IMG/VR virus record: IMGVR_UViG_3300028805_002025
Span: 177,682 to 241,681 of that record
Length of the DNA stretch: 64,000 nt
Origin: a virus
Lineage: Duplodnaviria; Caudoviricetes
Reading direction: 5' to 3' (one strand)
Shown here: positions 10,346 through 19,659 of the stretch, piece by piece
How the letters are laid out: each line of letters begins with the position of its first letter
How positions within the stretch are numbered: position 1 is the first letter of the stretch
Made by a program: the position numbers and the translations under genes
The notes under the pieces: model-generated
Databases searched by the model: none
What the model was told of the DNA's origin: nothing
The model's input: only the letters and a program-made list of their open reading frames with translations

Positions 10346-10528
10346 TTATCTTTTTAGTTCTTCAATCAACTTATCGGCGTATGAAACGGCAATATCAGAT
10401 ATTTGTTTCTTAAATATAAATTGGAATATGAATGCCATAATACTATTTGATAATATGGCATTCATTATGTTAATAGACGCATCTATACGCACTTGATTCC
10501 AATTTATATTTTCTTTAGTCATAAGCAA
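10346..10528 (-). CDS. Small hypothetical protein
   Basis: INWNQVRIDAS...AVSYADKLIEELK, a pattern recalled from Bacteroidota phage small proteins; abuts the upstream gene. Confidence 0.55.
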   Translation of the reverse strand: MLMTKENINWNQVRIDASINIMNAILSNSIMAFIFQFIFKKQISDIAVSYADKLIEELKR

Positions 10529-11671
10529 TTACCCAATTTGTGTTATTCTAACATAACCGTTGCCAGAGTGACCAGTCTCATTACCGCCAGATGTAGATGG
10601 GAATGACGTATCACCTCCTATGGTTTCGGCATTGGAAAGATAATACTCACTACCAAGGGCATAACCACTTGGCTTATAACTACTTGAGGTTAGGACATAT
10701 CCAGAACCGCCTCCAGCAGCAGACCTTTGTGAATAACCGCCGCCGTACCAGCCGCCGCCACCACCGACGGTTCTATAGCTAGTGTTGTTAGCATATGCGC
10801 CTCCACCAATTCCAAAGTCTGCAAGTGTTCCTTGGATAGTACTGTTCTTTGTATTAGTTCCATAATAGGAATCTCCTGCTGCGCTTTGTGTACCGCCTTG
10901 TCCACCTTTAGCTCCATCAGAAACTCTATCTTCTCCATTTCCTCCTGTAGAGCCGCCGCCGAAGCCGCCGTTTAATTGGGCCGTAGAATTGTATCTACCA
11001 GCTCCGCCACCTCCGCCAGCTACTATAACTCGGCACAATAACGAATCTGTTCCAATTCTTATATCTGAAGCTCCGCCACCACTACCACCATAGTAGTTTG
11101 CTGAAGTGCCATAAGAATTACCACCGCCATTGAAGCCTCCACTATGGAAGCCAATACTAGAAGCATCTTCTCCGCTACCGCCTACATATACGTGTACTGT
11201 AGTAGGGCTGTTTATCTCTATAGTTCCTACAGAATAGCCTCCTTTGCCTCCAGTAGCACCTGTTATAGAACCACCTTGTGCTCCCCAACATTCAAACGTA
11301 TATGTTCCTGGCTGCAAAGTAGCTGTTTGTTTAGAACCAGTATAAGTATAATTTGTTACAACAGGTTCAAATTGTCCAACGCTTATGTTATAACTGCTAG
11401 ATGCATCAGCATAATTAGTACCACCAGTAATAGATGCTGTAATTGTTGCAGAACCATTAGCAACACCAGTTACAGTTCCACTACTATTAACTGTAGCCTT
11501 GCTTGTGTCAGAAGAAGAATAAGTTAATGTTCCATCAGATGCACCTGCTGATACTGTTGCCACATTAGTTACAGTACCACCAACACTAACAGATGTGGTT
11601 GGATTAGAAAACGTTACTGTACGACTAATTTTAGAAGAACCTTTCATTGTTCTTGTTCTTAATGTTTGCAT
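10529..11671 (-). CDS. Receptor-binding tip protein: Ig-like (Big_2) plus glycine-rich domain
   Basis: TYSSSDTSKATVNSSGTVTGV Big_2 motif; FECWGAQGG...GGGASDIR...VAGGGGG...GNGYVRIT glycine-rich domain. Confidence 0.75.
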   Translation of the reverse strand: MQTLRTRTMKGSSKISRTVTFSNPTTSVSVGGTVTNVATVSAGASDGTLTYSSSDTSKATVNSSGTVTGVANGSATITASITGGTNYADASSSYNISVGQFEPVVTNYTYTGSKQTATLQPGTYTFECWGAQGGSITGATGGKGGYSVGTIEINSPTTVHVYVGGSGEDASSIGFHSGGFNGGGNSYGTSANYYGGSGGGASDIRIGTDSLLCRVIVAGGGGGAGRYNSTAQLNGGFGGGSTGGNGEDRVSDGAKGGQGGTQSAAGDSYYGTNTKNSTIQGTLADFGIGGGAYANNTSYRTVGGGGGWYGGGYSQRSAAGGGSGYVLTSSSYKPSGYALGSEYYLSNAETIGGDTSFPSTSGGNETGHSGNGYVRITQIG

Positions 11672-11700
11672 AATATGCCATATATTATTTAAATCATTAT

Positions 11701-14487
11701 TTAAATTCCTCTAACGTATATTTTATTGTTAACGTTTATGAAATCTACCTCAACAAATCCGTCTGCTGGTATTGATAAAGTAACGTTTGACCCACTAGGG
11801 CATACGCTTGATGTACTGTTATGCACTATAGTTACATTTCTTGCAGCAGAAGACGTAAGCATTACATGCGCTGAATGTCCTGCAACTGGCATCTTTCCTG
11901 ATGCCAAACTAAGAGATGTTATATCTCCTGTTACTGTTAAAATAGTTAATGGTTTAGTACCATCGATTGTAACGGAACCAGATGTATTTCCATTATCTGA
12001 AGTTGTTGAAACAGCATACGTAATTGCTGAATAGTTAGTATCAACGCTTCCTCCTCCAGAATCAAGGTCAGTTGCAGTAGTTGCAGTTGTGAAATGAGGT
12101 GGGGTAAGCGCATAAGTATCTATTAATATGTTTCTTCCATATACAAGCTTTGACGCTGTTGTTGCTATAATACTCTTCTTTGCTGATACAATATTATTAA
12201 GTACAAATATACTTTGAACAGTACCAGATGCACTAATATTTATTCCATTAACAGCAGGCTCTATAGTATTATTTCTAATTACTGCCGTTCCTAAGTCTTT
12301 TTGTATTAAAAGGAACTTATCTTTAACTATATTACCTTCCACATATAATTCAGTAATAGCTGAAGCCGCTTCAAATAAGAATGTATCTGCTGAACTACTT
12401 TCTATATAATTATTTTTAATATAAACGTAATCTGCTGTTACATTATTATAACTATATGTTTTTGTCTCTGCACTCGCCACATAATATGGGTAGTGACCAT
12501 ATCCAATAAATCTATTATTTTCAACAAATAATTTACTACATGTTAGCTTAGGCTTAGATTTTACGGTTGTATTAAGGTCAGAATCATATTCAAATGTGTT
12601 TCCCTTCATTACAATCTTCTTAAATCCAGTAATTGTATTAACAGCATTTCTTATATTATTGTTTTCTACAATAATCACCGTATTATCAATATTATAATAA
12701 GTTGGGTCAATTGATGTTGTTATAAATCTTACTAGTGTAGGCTTTTTCGTACTACCGTCCATTACATATGGCTGGTCATAAGAACAGTTATTTGAAATAA
12801 CAAGAGTATCTTCTATACTATCTTTAACCCATCCAGCTCTATCTGTTATTGTTTCAGCACCTATAGCAATAGAAGGTGTCTTCATTATATTACCACTAAC
12901 TATGTGGTTGAAGTTTCCGAACTCACTTCCAGAAATTTCGTAGTCATATATGAAATTGTTTAAAATCTTATTGTTTTTACCCCTCATATATATACCAGCA
13001 GTTGTACACCCTTCAATTGTAACATATTCAGCGCATCCGTGCATATCAATTGCTGCTGGGAATCCATCCTTAATTGAATTAGCACGAATGTTTTTAACCA
13101 ATATTTCTCTGCCTATTACAGACAAATCATTATTTGCACCACCAATAGAAAGTGCGTGATTACCCCCAATGTAATCTCCACCTATAACGCTAATATTTTG
13201 ACATCCACCAAAGGAAATACCATAGCTATCAAAATCTGCGCTTTGATTTAGCGTTACATGGCATACACAATCAATTAATGACATATTATGGCAACCACTC
13301 AAAATAGAACATATTCTAAAATCAGTGACTTTAACATTTTCTATTTTTCCACAAATAGATGAATATATTACTAATCCTTGGAACTTACCATCTAATGTTG
13401 ATGGGTTGTTCATTTTAATGGTTAAATTCTTAATGTTGCAAGAAATTTGATTAAAGCCATATACTTTGCTTGAGCCTCCAAGATGTATGTATGAACCCAT
13501 AAGAGGATGTCCTAATCTAAGAACATTACCTTCTATACCTCTTATAGTAGCAAATTCACATTGCTTATAAGAGCTTCTGTGAGGCGAAAAACTATATTCT
13601 GTATTATCTCTTACAGAAACAACATCACCTGCATTAAACAAAGAACCATCCCCTACTGTTATGGTCTCATCACCTTTGTAGGCTTCAGAATTTATAGTGG
13701 TAGAAGTAAAAGTATCTTGATTCTTTGGTTTTACAACAAACGCTTGTGCGTTAGATGTATATTGGAATTTTACTATTGCATTATTTCCGTTAATGAATAT
13801 TGCTGTTTTATTATCTAACTCCTTACTGACATACACAGATGTAGTATATTCTCCGAAAGCATATTCATATTTTGTTGGTCCATCCACATTATTTATGAAC
13901 CTATGCCATGCATCAATATCGTTATTAGCAAACCAGTTCTGGTATACTACGTCATTTTTACAAGTTCCACTAATAGTAATGCCACTACCAAATTTAACAT
14001 TTCCGTAAAGGTAAGTGTTATCTAAAACTAATGTTCCATTGTTTATACTACCACCAGCAAATTCAAAAGTACATCCAGAAGGAACTGTCACACTGCTACT
14101 TATAGCATAATCATATGAAATTACATATACAACACTAGTAGAAGATAACATTTCAGTTGTTAAACTTCCATTATTTGGGTCCAGATACACTTTAGTTCCT
14201 TGTGTTGAGCCGCTGCCTTCTATTGTTATATTACCCTCTCCAAGTAATGATTGGTTGTTTATAGTTTTAATGTTAGTACCACTAACAAGTGTGTTTTGTT
14301 TAGTTGCTAATTTGCCATCTATAACTGAATCGGAAGAAAATGGTACAATTTCTGAATTTGTGTTCTTGATAAACAATGTTTCCTTGCCAGCAAATTTATT
14401 AACAGCAATTTCTCCGTCTAATAATGCTTGAGGTTGTCTATCTTCAATGGCACTTGTTATGTGTCTATATCTAAATTTTTTTGCCAT
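11701..14487 (-). CDS. Tailspike with predicted parallel beta-helix (putative capsule depolymerase)
   Basis: N-term anchor (P...LLDGEIAVN...LFIKN), Asn/Ile-rich beta-helix repeats, AAIDMHG; C-term adaptor ending IYVRGI. Confidence 0.7.
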   Translation of the reverse strand: MAKKFRYRHITSAIEDRQPQALLDGEIAVNKFAGKETLFIKNTNSEIVPFSSDSVIDGKLATKQNTLVSGTNIKTINNQSLLGEGNITIEGSGSTQGTKVYLDPNNGSLTTEMLSSTSVVYVISYDYAISSSVTVPSGCTFEFAGGSINNGTLVLDNTYLYGNVKFGSGITISGTCKNDVVYQNWFANNDIDAWHRFINNVDGPTKYEYAFGEYTTSVYVSKELDNKTAIFINGNNAIVKFQYTSNAQAFVVKPKNQDTFTSTTINSEAYKGDETITVGDGSLFNAGDVVSVRDNTEYSFSPHRSSYKQCEFATIRGIEGNVLRLGHPLMGSYIHLGGSSKVYGFNQISCNIKNLTIKMNNPSTLDGKFQGLVIYSSICGKIENVKVTDFRICSILSGCHNMSLIDCVCHVTLNQSADFDSYGISFGGCQNISVIGGDYIGGNHALSIGGANNDLSVIGREILVKNIRANSIKDGFPAAIDMHGCAEYVTIEGCTTAGIYMRGKNNKILNNFIYDYEISGSEFGNFNHIVSGNIMKTPSIAIGAETITDRAGWVKDSIEDTLVISNNCSYDQPYVMDGSTKKPTLVRFITTSIDPTYYNIDNTVIIVENNNIRNAVNTITGFKKIVMKGNTFEYDSDLNTTVKSKPKLTCSKLFVENNRFIGYGHYPYYVASAETKTYSYNNVTADYVYIKNNYIESSSADTFLFEAASAITELYVEGNIVKDKFLLIQKDLGTAVIRNNTIEPAVNGINISASGTVQSIFVLNNIVSAKKSIIATTASKLVYGRNILIDTYALTPPHFTTATTATDLDSGGGSVDTNYSAITYAVSTTSDNGNTSGSVTIDGTKPLTILTVTGDITSLSLASGKMPVAGHSAHVMLTSSAARNVTIVHNSTSSVCPSGSNVTLSIPADGFVEVDFINVNNKIYVRGI

Positions 14488-14528
14488 ATAATATTAAATT
14501 ATAAAATTTATTATTTTAAAAATCGTAA

Positions 14529-14560
14529 AAGGTAGTGGTAAATATTTCAACCACTACCTT
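14529..14560 (-). terminator. Intrinsic terminator
   Basis: AAGGTAGTGGT / ACCACTACCTT hairpin. Confidence 0.6.
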
Positions 14561-14571
14561 ATTAGTTTTTA

Positions 14572-15960
14572 TTAGAATGTTCCTGCGTCAAGGATTATAG
14601 TGTCTCCATCAACAGTCAAATCGCTAACTCCACTTGTAGAAAGTTCAGTAATCGAAATCTCTACATTTCCACTGCCAAGAAGTGTTTTATTAGCAACTGT
14701 CTTAATGTTAGTGCCACTTACCAACGTTTCTTGTTTTCCACTAAGTGCTGTGTCTACCTCAGTCTTTGTGTAAGTTGTTGCTGTGTCTGCTTTTGCTCCA
14801 ATTGCTGTATCAACCTCAGTCTTTGTGTAAGCGTTAGTAATACCGTAACCAGAAAGTGTTGTTGCTGTGTTAGCCTTACCTGCAAGTGCTGTATCAACCT
14901 CAGTCTTTGTGTAAGTTGTAGCAGCATCAGCCTTTGCGCCAACTGCTGTATCAACCTCAGTCTTTGTGTAAGTTGTAGCTGTGTCTGCTTTTGCTGCAAG
15001 CGCTGTGTCTACCTCAGTCTTTGTATAAGCATCTGTAATACCATAGCCAGCAAGGGTTGTTGCAGCATCTGCTTTTGCTCCAATTGCTGTATCAACCTCA
15101 GTCTTTGTGTAAGCATCTGTAATGCCATAACCTGCAAGAGTGGTTGCTGTGCTTGCCTTACCAGAAAGTGCTGCGTCAATCTGAGCCTTTGTATAATAGT
15201 TGGTAGCATCAAATATGTCTGAAATAGGAATGTTAATATTCTCTTTTCCACTATCAGCGTTAAAAGTAATTACAAGGCATGTAACTCCATCGACTGTCTT
15301 GATTTCAACATTGGAAACCATACCATCCTTGATAAAGGCGCTAGCATCAATATAAGCCTTTACGGTACTTCCATGCTTGAAATTAATTCTAGTTGTTGCG
15401 CTATCATATTCAGCGCCATCAAAGAAATCCTTGATGTTATTTGTAATTGCTGAATCTGCCTCGGCTTTTGTATAAGCATCTGTAATACCATAGCCAGCAA
15501 GAGTTGTTGCTGTGTTAGCCTTTGCAGCAAGTAAACTGTCCACATCGTCCTTTGTATAAGTTGTTGCTGTGTTTGCCTTACCAGCAAGTGCTGTGTCTAC
15601 CTCAGACTTTGTGTAAGTAGTAGCAGTATCAGCCTTACCATTGAGCAAACCATCTACCTCAGTCTTTGTATAAGTAGTAGCTGTATTAGCTTTGCCTGCA
15701 AGTTCACTATCCAAAGTATCAATTGCACCAGATAATGCTTCAATCTTTGTTTCAATAGCCCCACCGCCAGATGCTATTTTTGCATCAATTTGGTCTTCTG
15801 TAATGAATTTTACAACGTTACCACTGCTATTCTTTAAGAATAACTTTTCTCCTCCAGCTGCAATGTTAACAGCAATTTCCGCATCTTTCAACACAGATGA
15901 TGAAGGAGTAGCACCACTTGTTGAGGTCTTAAGATGTTGATACCTAAATGTTTTTGCCAT
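14572..15960 (-). CDS. Tail fibre segment with YTKTEVD repeats
   Basis: N-term anchor, tandem YTKxEVDxxLxxKA repeats, C-term DAGTF. Confidence 0.75.
   Translation of the reverse strand: MAKTFRYQHLKTSTSGATPSSSVLKDAEIAVNIAAGGEKLFLKNSSGNVVKFITEDQIDAKIASGGGAIETKIEALSGAIDTLDSELAGKANTATTYTKTEVDGLLNGKADTATTYTKSEVDTALAGKANTATTYTKDDVDSLLAAKANTATTLAGYGITDAYTKAEADSAITNNIKDFFDGAEYDSATTRINFKHGSTVKAYIDASAFIKDGMVSNVEIKTVDGVTCLVITFNADSGKENINIPISDIFDATNYYTKAQIDAALSGKASTATTLAGYGITDAYTKTEVDTAIGAKADAATTLAGYGITDAYTKTEVDTALAAKADTATTYTKTEVDTAVGAKADAATTYTKTEVDTALAGKANTATTLSGYGITNAYTKTEVDTAIGAKADTATTYTKTEVDTALSGKQETLVSGTNIKTVANKTLLGSGNVEISITELSTSGVSDLTVDGDTIILDAGTF
14740..15200 (-). repeat. Coding tandem repeat of mixed 57 bp and 84 bp units
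   Basis: Core ACCTCAGTCTTTGT at 14756, 14813, 14897, 14954, 15011 and 15095 (spacings 57, 84, 57, 57, 84); a related block lies near 15460-15690. Confidence 0.9.
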
Positions 15961-15993
15961 AATTCTATTTATTTTTTTTATGTTATTTTTTTT

Positions 15994-16959
15994 TTACGCA
16001 AAAGTTCCTGCGTTTAATATTATATTTCCACTTTCATCTACTATAAAAGTTTCTTGTATTGTTTTTACAACTTCTACTTCTACTTGTTCTTTAACTATAG
16101 TATCAGTTTGCTCTTTGGTGTAAACTTCATATTCTGGTCCGTCATTAGAAGTGTCAACAAATAGTTCAGTGTTAACGCTAGTAGGGGTCGTATCACTAAT
16201 CACGATGTTATCGTCTATTAATGTTGTCACACCACTTATTTGTTCATCTACTTGTTCCTTAGTATAAACAAGAACAGAACTATCCTCATTAACATCAATG
16301 AAAACCTTTGTATTTGAACTTATAGTATCAGCACTAGTTCCAATTTGAACCTCATAAGCATTTTCAGCTAACCCACTAATAGATTCAATTTTAGACTCTG
16401 TAGAAGACGAAAAATCATTAAATGAAGATTCATCCACCTTTGTGCCAACAATGCCGCTAATAGCCTCCAAATCACTTTGTAATGCCCTTTCAGCTAGTTC
16501 TTCCTCAAGTTCGGTGTCCTTTTCTTCGAGTTCTGAAACCTTTGTATCAACAGCCCCACTTAATTCATCAATTGCTTGAGATATTTTAGATATTGTGTCC
16601 CCACTGAGTTCATCTGTTTTTCTTTCAAGTACGTCAAGCCTATCATCTTGTTCATAATCCTTGACAACAACAGAATCAATCATAGAGTCAATTTGTTGCT
16701 TAGTATATACTTCTGTAACCGCAGAATCACTCAAGTCAATCCAAATTTCAGTGTTAACTTTAGGCTGGCCACTAGAAATTTCAACCTCATCATGGAAAAG
16801 AACTATTTCATCAGCATCGTTCTGTAATGAAATGGTCTCAGTACCTTTATGGTAATTAATAGCCAATTCACCTGGAAGCAATGAATCAGGTAGTTTTGGT
16901 TGCCCATTGTTAGAAACCACCTTACTTCTTAAATGCTGTATATGCCTTTTTTCTGCCAT
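15994..16959 (-). CDS. Fibre adaptor/hub protein
   Basis: N-term anchor, three repeats ending (W/F)(I/V)D...VYTK(Q/E)Q, C-term NAGTFA. Confidence 0.65.
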   Translation of the reverse strand: MAEKRHIQHLRSKVVSNNGQPKLPDSLLPGELAINYHKGTETISLQNDADEIVLFHDEVEISSGQPKVNTEIWIDLSDSAVTEVYTKQQIDSMIDSVVVKDYEQDDRLDVLERKTDELSGDTISKISQAIDELSGAVDTKVSELEEKDTELEEELAERALQSDLEAISGIVGTKVDESSFNDFSSSTESKIESISGLAENAYEVQIGTSADTISSNTKVFIDVNEDSSVLVYTKEQVDEQISGVTTLIDDNIVISDTTPTSVNTELFVDTSNDGPEYEVYTKEQTDTIVKEQVEVEVVKTIQETFIVDESGNIILNAGTFA

Positions 16960-16997
16960 ATTTATATATTATTTAAAAATATTATTATAAAGAATGA

Positions 16998-19571
16998 TTA
17001 GTTATATTTCCCTATTCTAAGTGTATATCCCATGTTTCTTCTAATCATAGCACCCTTTCCATTTACTCCATATACACATGTATTCCAATCTCCTGCTTCA
17101 GCATAATATGATTCTCCCCAATAAGTAGATGTCCACCAGCGTAAAACATCATCTGGAGTTGCTTGTTTTCCGATGGCTACACGACACTCATCTATTTGGT
17201 CTTTATAATTTAACAATGTAAGCATTTCCTCATATGATGGAAGATATGTGTGTCCTCCAACGGTAAAATCTCTCATAATCATTCCGTCTCCATCTAACAA
17301 AGGTTCAATTATGTTTGTGTTATATTCTCCATCATCCATACTTGTTGCTGCTGAAACTCCTGGTACTTGGTATCCAGACTGATAACTAAGTCTTGCCATA
17401 TTATAAGTTTCATCAACGTACACTCTTCTCTTCCAATTACCGTCAACAACGATAATAGAGTTTACTTGTCCTGTACCCTTTGTTGGCCAACAAGATGCTG
17501 AGAATAAATCACCATTTGTGTTCTCAATATATGCACCATCTAAATGAGTTGGGGCGTTAATAACATTAACGCTATAAGTTAATTTTTGGTCTTCTGGCAC
17601 TGTAATCCAACAGTTATTTGTTGACGCTGCACTACATGTGATTGATGCGTTTCCTTGATTAATACCAGTAACAGTACCTCCAGAATCCACTATTGCTACA
17701 TTTTCATTTGATGAAGAATATATTAATTCACCATCATAGTAATTAACTATAGTACCTCCAGAATCTACTATAATACATGGATTGTTTACTGTCTCACATT
17801 CATTTACAGTTGTTATCGGCTCGTTAGCATATTCTAAAGTGAGTACTGCCTTTTTAATTGAAGCAGCATAAAAAGAATCTGTAACACTACTTGTATAATT
17901 AGCATTTTCTGCTGAATAGTATGTAATTAAATTTGAAACGTTGGCATCTTTTCCTTGAGGTATTTCAGTTGAAAATGGACCGCCGTTTACGTTGTACATA
18001 ATCACACTAGTTCCGCTAGCTGGCGTACACAAATCTTGATATTCTCCATTGTAATGCAAATTTAAAATACTGTAAGCTATTTCTAATATTTGGCCTTGTG
18101 CCTTATTAATTCGTGTTTCATAAACTGCTGGTTCTGTTCTACTATACCATGCATTCCAATTGCTTGTTGCATCCATATAGCAATATACCGTCCAAGGTCC
18201 ACCTGCATTTTTTTTCTGTGGAATTGATAAACTCCAAGTTCCACTATCCCCTAATTTATAGTGCATTGTGCCACTTGTTGAAGGTTTGTTAACAATCAAC
18301 AAATCTTGGTTTTGTCCGTTATAAGTAGCATTACTTGGATATACAGTTATCGGACAATCACCTTTTTCTATTCTAGTAGTAACAGTTCCACTTACTGTGT
18401 TGTAGTTAGAAGTATAAATAGGAGTAAACTGCCAAGTAACTGTATAGTTACCTACGTTGATTGCGGTATTATTTTCATATGTAAAATTGCCACTCACACT
18501 TGCAACGCCACCACTAACTAGCGTTTGTTCTTCTTCATTATATTTTAAGTTAGGAATTGCTTGTGGCTCAGTTTGTACTGGATTTGCCTTTTTAATTACA
18601 TAACTTGCATCTGTTTGGGCAATATTATAATTACCACCAACTTCATCCATAATATGAGTTGCATAAGTTCCTGCATTAATTGTAGGGGTTATCGTATAAA
18701 TATATTCTACACTTGGAATAACTGTGTTTCCATCTTTAACAGTAACTTCTGTCGGATATTGTTCGTACCCATTATATGTAAAGGCAGATGGATTTAAAAT
18801 AACTGTTGGACTGCTAACAGTCTTAGGTGATATTGTAGTAACAATTGTCTCAGAAGCCTTGTCGTTATGATTACTATCGCCTACAATCCTCCAATAAGAT
18901 GTATATGTATTGGCATCAGTGCCACTTGGTATTACGGTACTCCAAGTGCTGTTATCACTGCTATACTGTATTGTGCCACCAGTACAGTAGCCAGCATTAA
19001 GCAATGCTTTTGAAGTGGTGTCATATGTTCTGTTATTAGCTGTAGGCGCTGTATAGGTAGGATTTGCCTTTGTAATTGTAAAGTTTACACTACCATTAAC
19101 GTCATAGTTACCACCACTAACATCACTAATATAAACAACTCCTGTACCAGTATTTACGTTACTACCATAACTAACAGTATATTCACTAGAAGGTATTTCC
19201 ACGCTGCCATCTTTAACAGATATAACAGATGGTTTCTTCTGACTACCATCGTAAGTATAGCTAGTTGGGCTGATTGTTATGGTTGGGTTATAAACGTATT
19301 TACTATCTATCACAAATGTTCCACTTGCTGTTCCTTCGTAATTGCCAATACCAGATACAACAACTGGATAACTCCCAGCGTTAACGCCTCCACTATTTAC
19401 ACTTACAACATAATCAGTGCTTTCTACCAAAGTAAGTCCATTAAGCACAACAGATATGTTTTGTGCTACTTGACTGTTTCCGTTGTATGTTGCGTTTGAA
19501 CATGTAACAACAGCATTAGTTATTGGTATAAAACTATGGGTAGTACTTTTTAAAAAAGCTCTTCTTCTCAT
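16998..19571 (-). CDS. Fibre/adhesin with Ig-like repeats and C-terminal C-type-lectin-like domain
   Basis: MRRRAFLKS start, repeated TY(N/D)G...NAG.Y units, Big_2, then DGEYNT...YLPSYEEM...WWTST. Confidence 0.7.
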   Translation of the reverse strand: MRRRAFLKSTTHSFIPITNAVVTCSNATYNGNSQVAQNISVVLNGLTLVESTDYVVSVNSGGVNAGSYPVVVSGIGNYEGTASGTFVIDSKYVYNPTITISPTSYTYDGSQKKPSVISVKDGSVEIPSSEYTVSYGSNVNTGTGVVYISDVSGGNYDVNGSVNFTITKANPTYTAPTANNRTYDTTSKALLNAGYCTGGTIQYSSDNSTWSTVIPSGTDANTYTSYWRIVGDSNHNDKASETIVTTISPKTVSSPTVILNPSAFTYNGYEQYPTEVTVKDGNTVIPSVEYIYTITPTINAGTYATHIMDEVGGNYNIAQTDASYVIKKANPVQTEPQAIPNLKYNEEEQTLVSGGVASVSGNFTYENNTAINVGNYTVTWQFTPIYTSNYNTVSGTVTTRIEKGDCPITVYPSNATYNGQNQDLLIVNKPSTSGTMHYKLGDSGTWSLSIPQKKNAGGPWTVYCYMDATSNWNAWYSRTEPAVYETRINKAQGQILEIAYSILNLHYNGEYQDLCTPASGTSVIMYNVNGGPFSTEIPQGKDANVSNLITYYSAENANYTSSVTDSFYAASIKKAVLTLEYANEPITTVNECETVNNPCIIVDSGGTIVNYYDGELIYSSSNENVAIVDSGGTVTGINQGNASITCSAASTNNCWITVPEDQKLTYSVNVINAPTHLDGAYIENTNGDLFSASCWPTKGTGQVNSIIVVDGNWKRRVYVDETYNMARLSYQSGYQVPGVSAATSMDDGEYNTNIIEPLLDGDGMIMRDFTVGGHTYLPSYEEMLTLLNYKDQIDECRVAIGKQATPDDVLRWWTSTYWGESYYAEAGDWNTCVYGVNGKGAMIRRNMGYTLRIGKYN

Positions 19572-19606
19572 AATATATGATTATATCTAAATTTATTATA
19601 TTTTAA

Positions 19607-19635
19607 GATTGTGGCCATAATTTATGACCACAATC
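19607..19635 (-). terminator. Hairpin, possible terminator
   Basis: GATTGTGGCCATAA / TTATGACCACAATC inverted repeat. Confidence 0.5.
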
Positions 19636-19659
19636 GTTTTCTTTTATTAATTGTTTTAT

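Noticed and set aside
14740-15200. Regularly spaced direct repeats resembling a CRISPR array
   Set aside because: Units are in-frame multiples of 3 within a CDS, the intervening sequences resemble each other, and no cas genes are present
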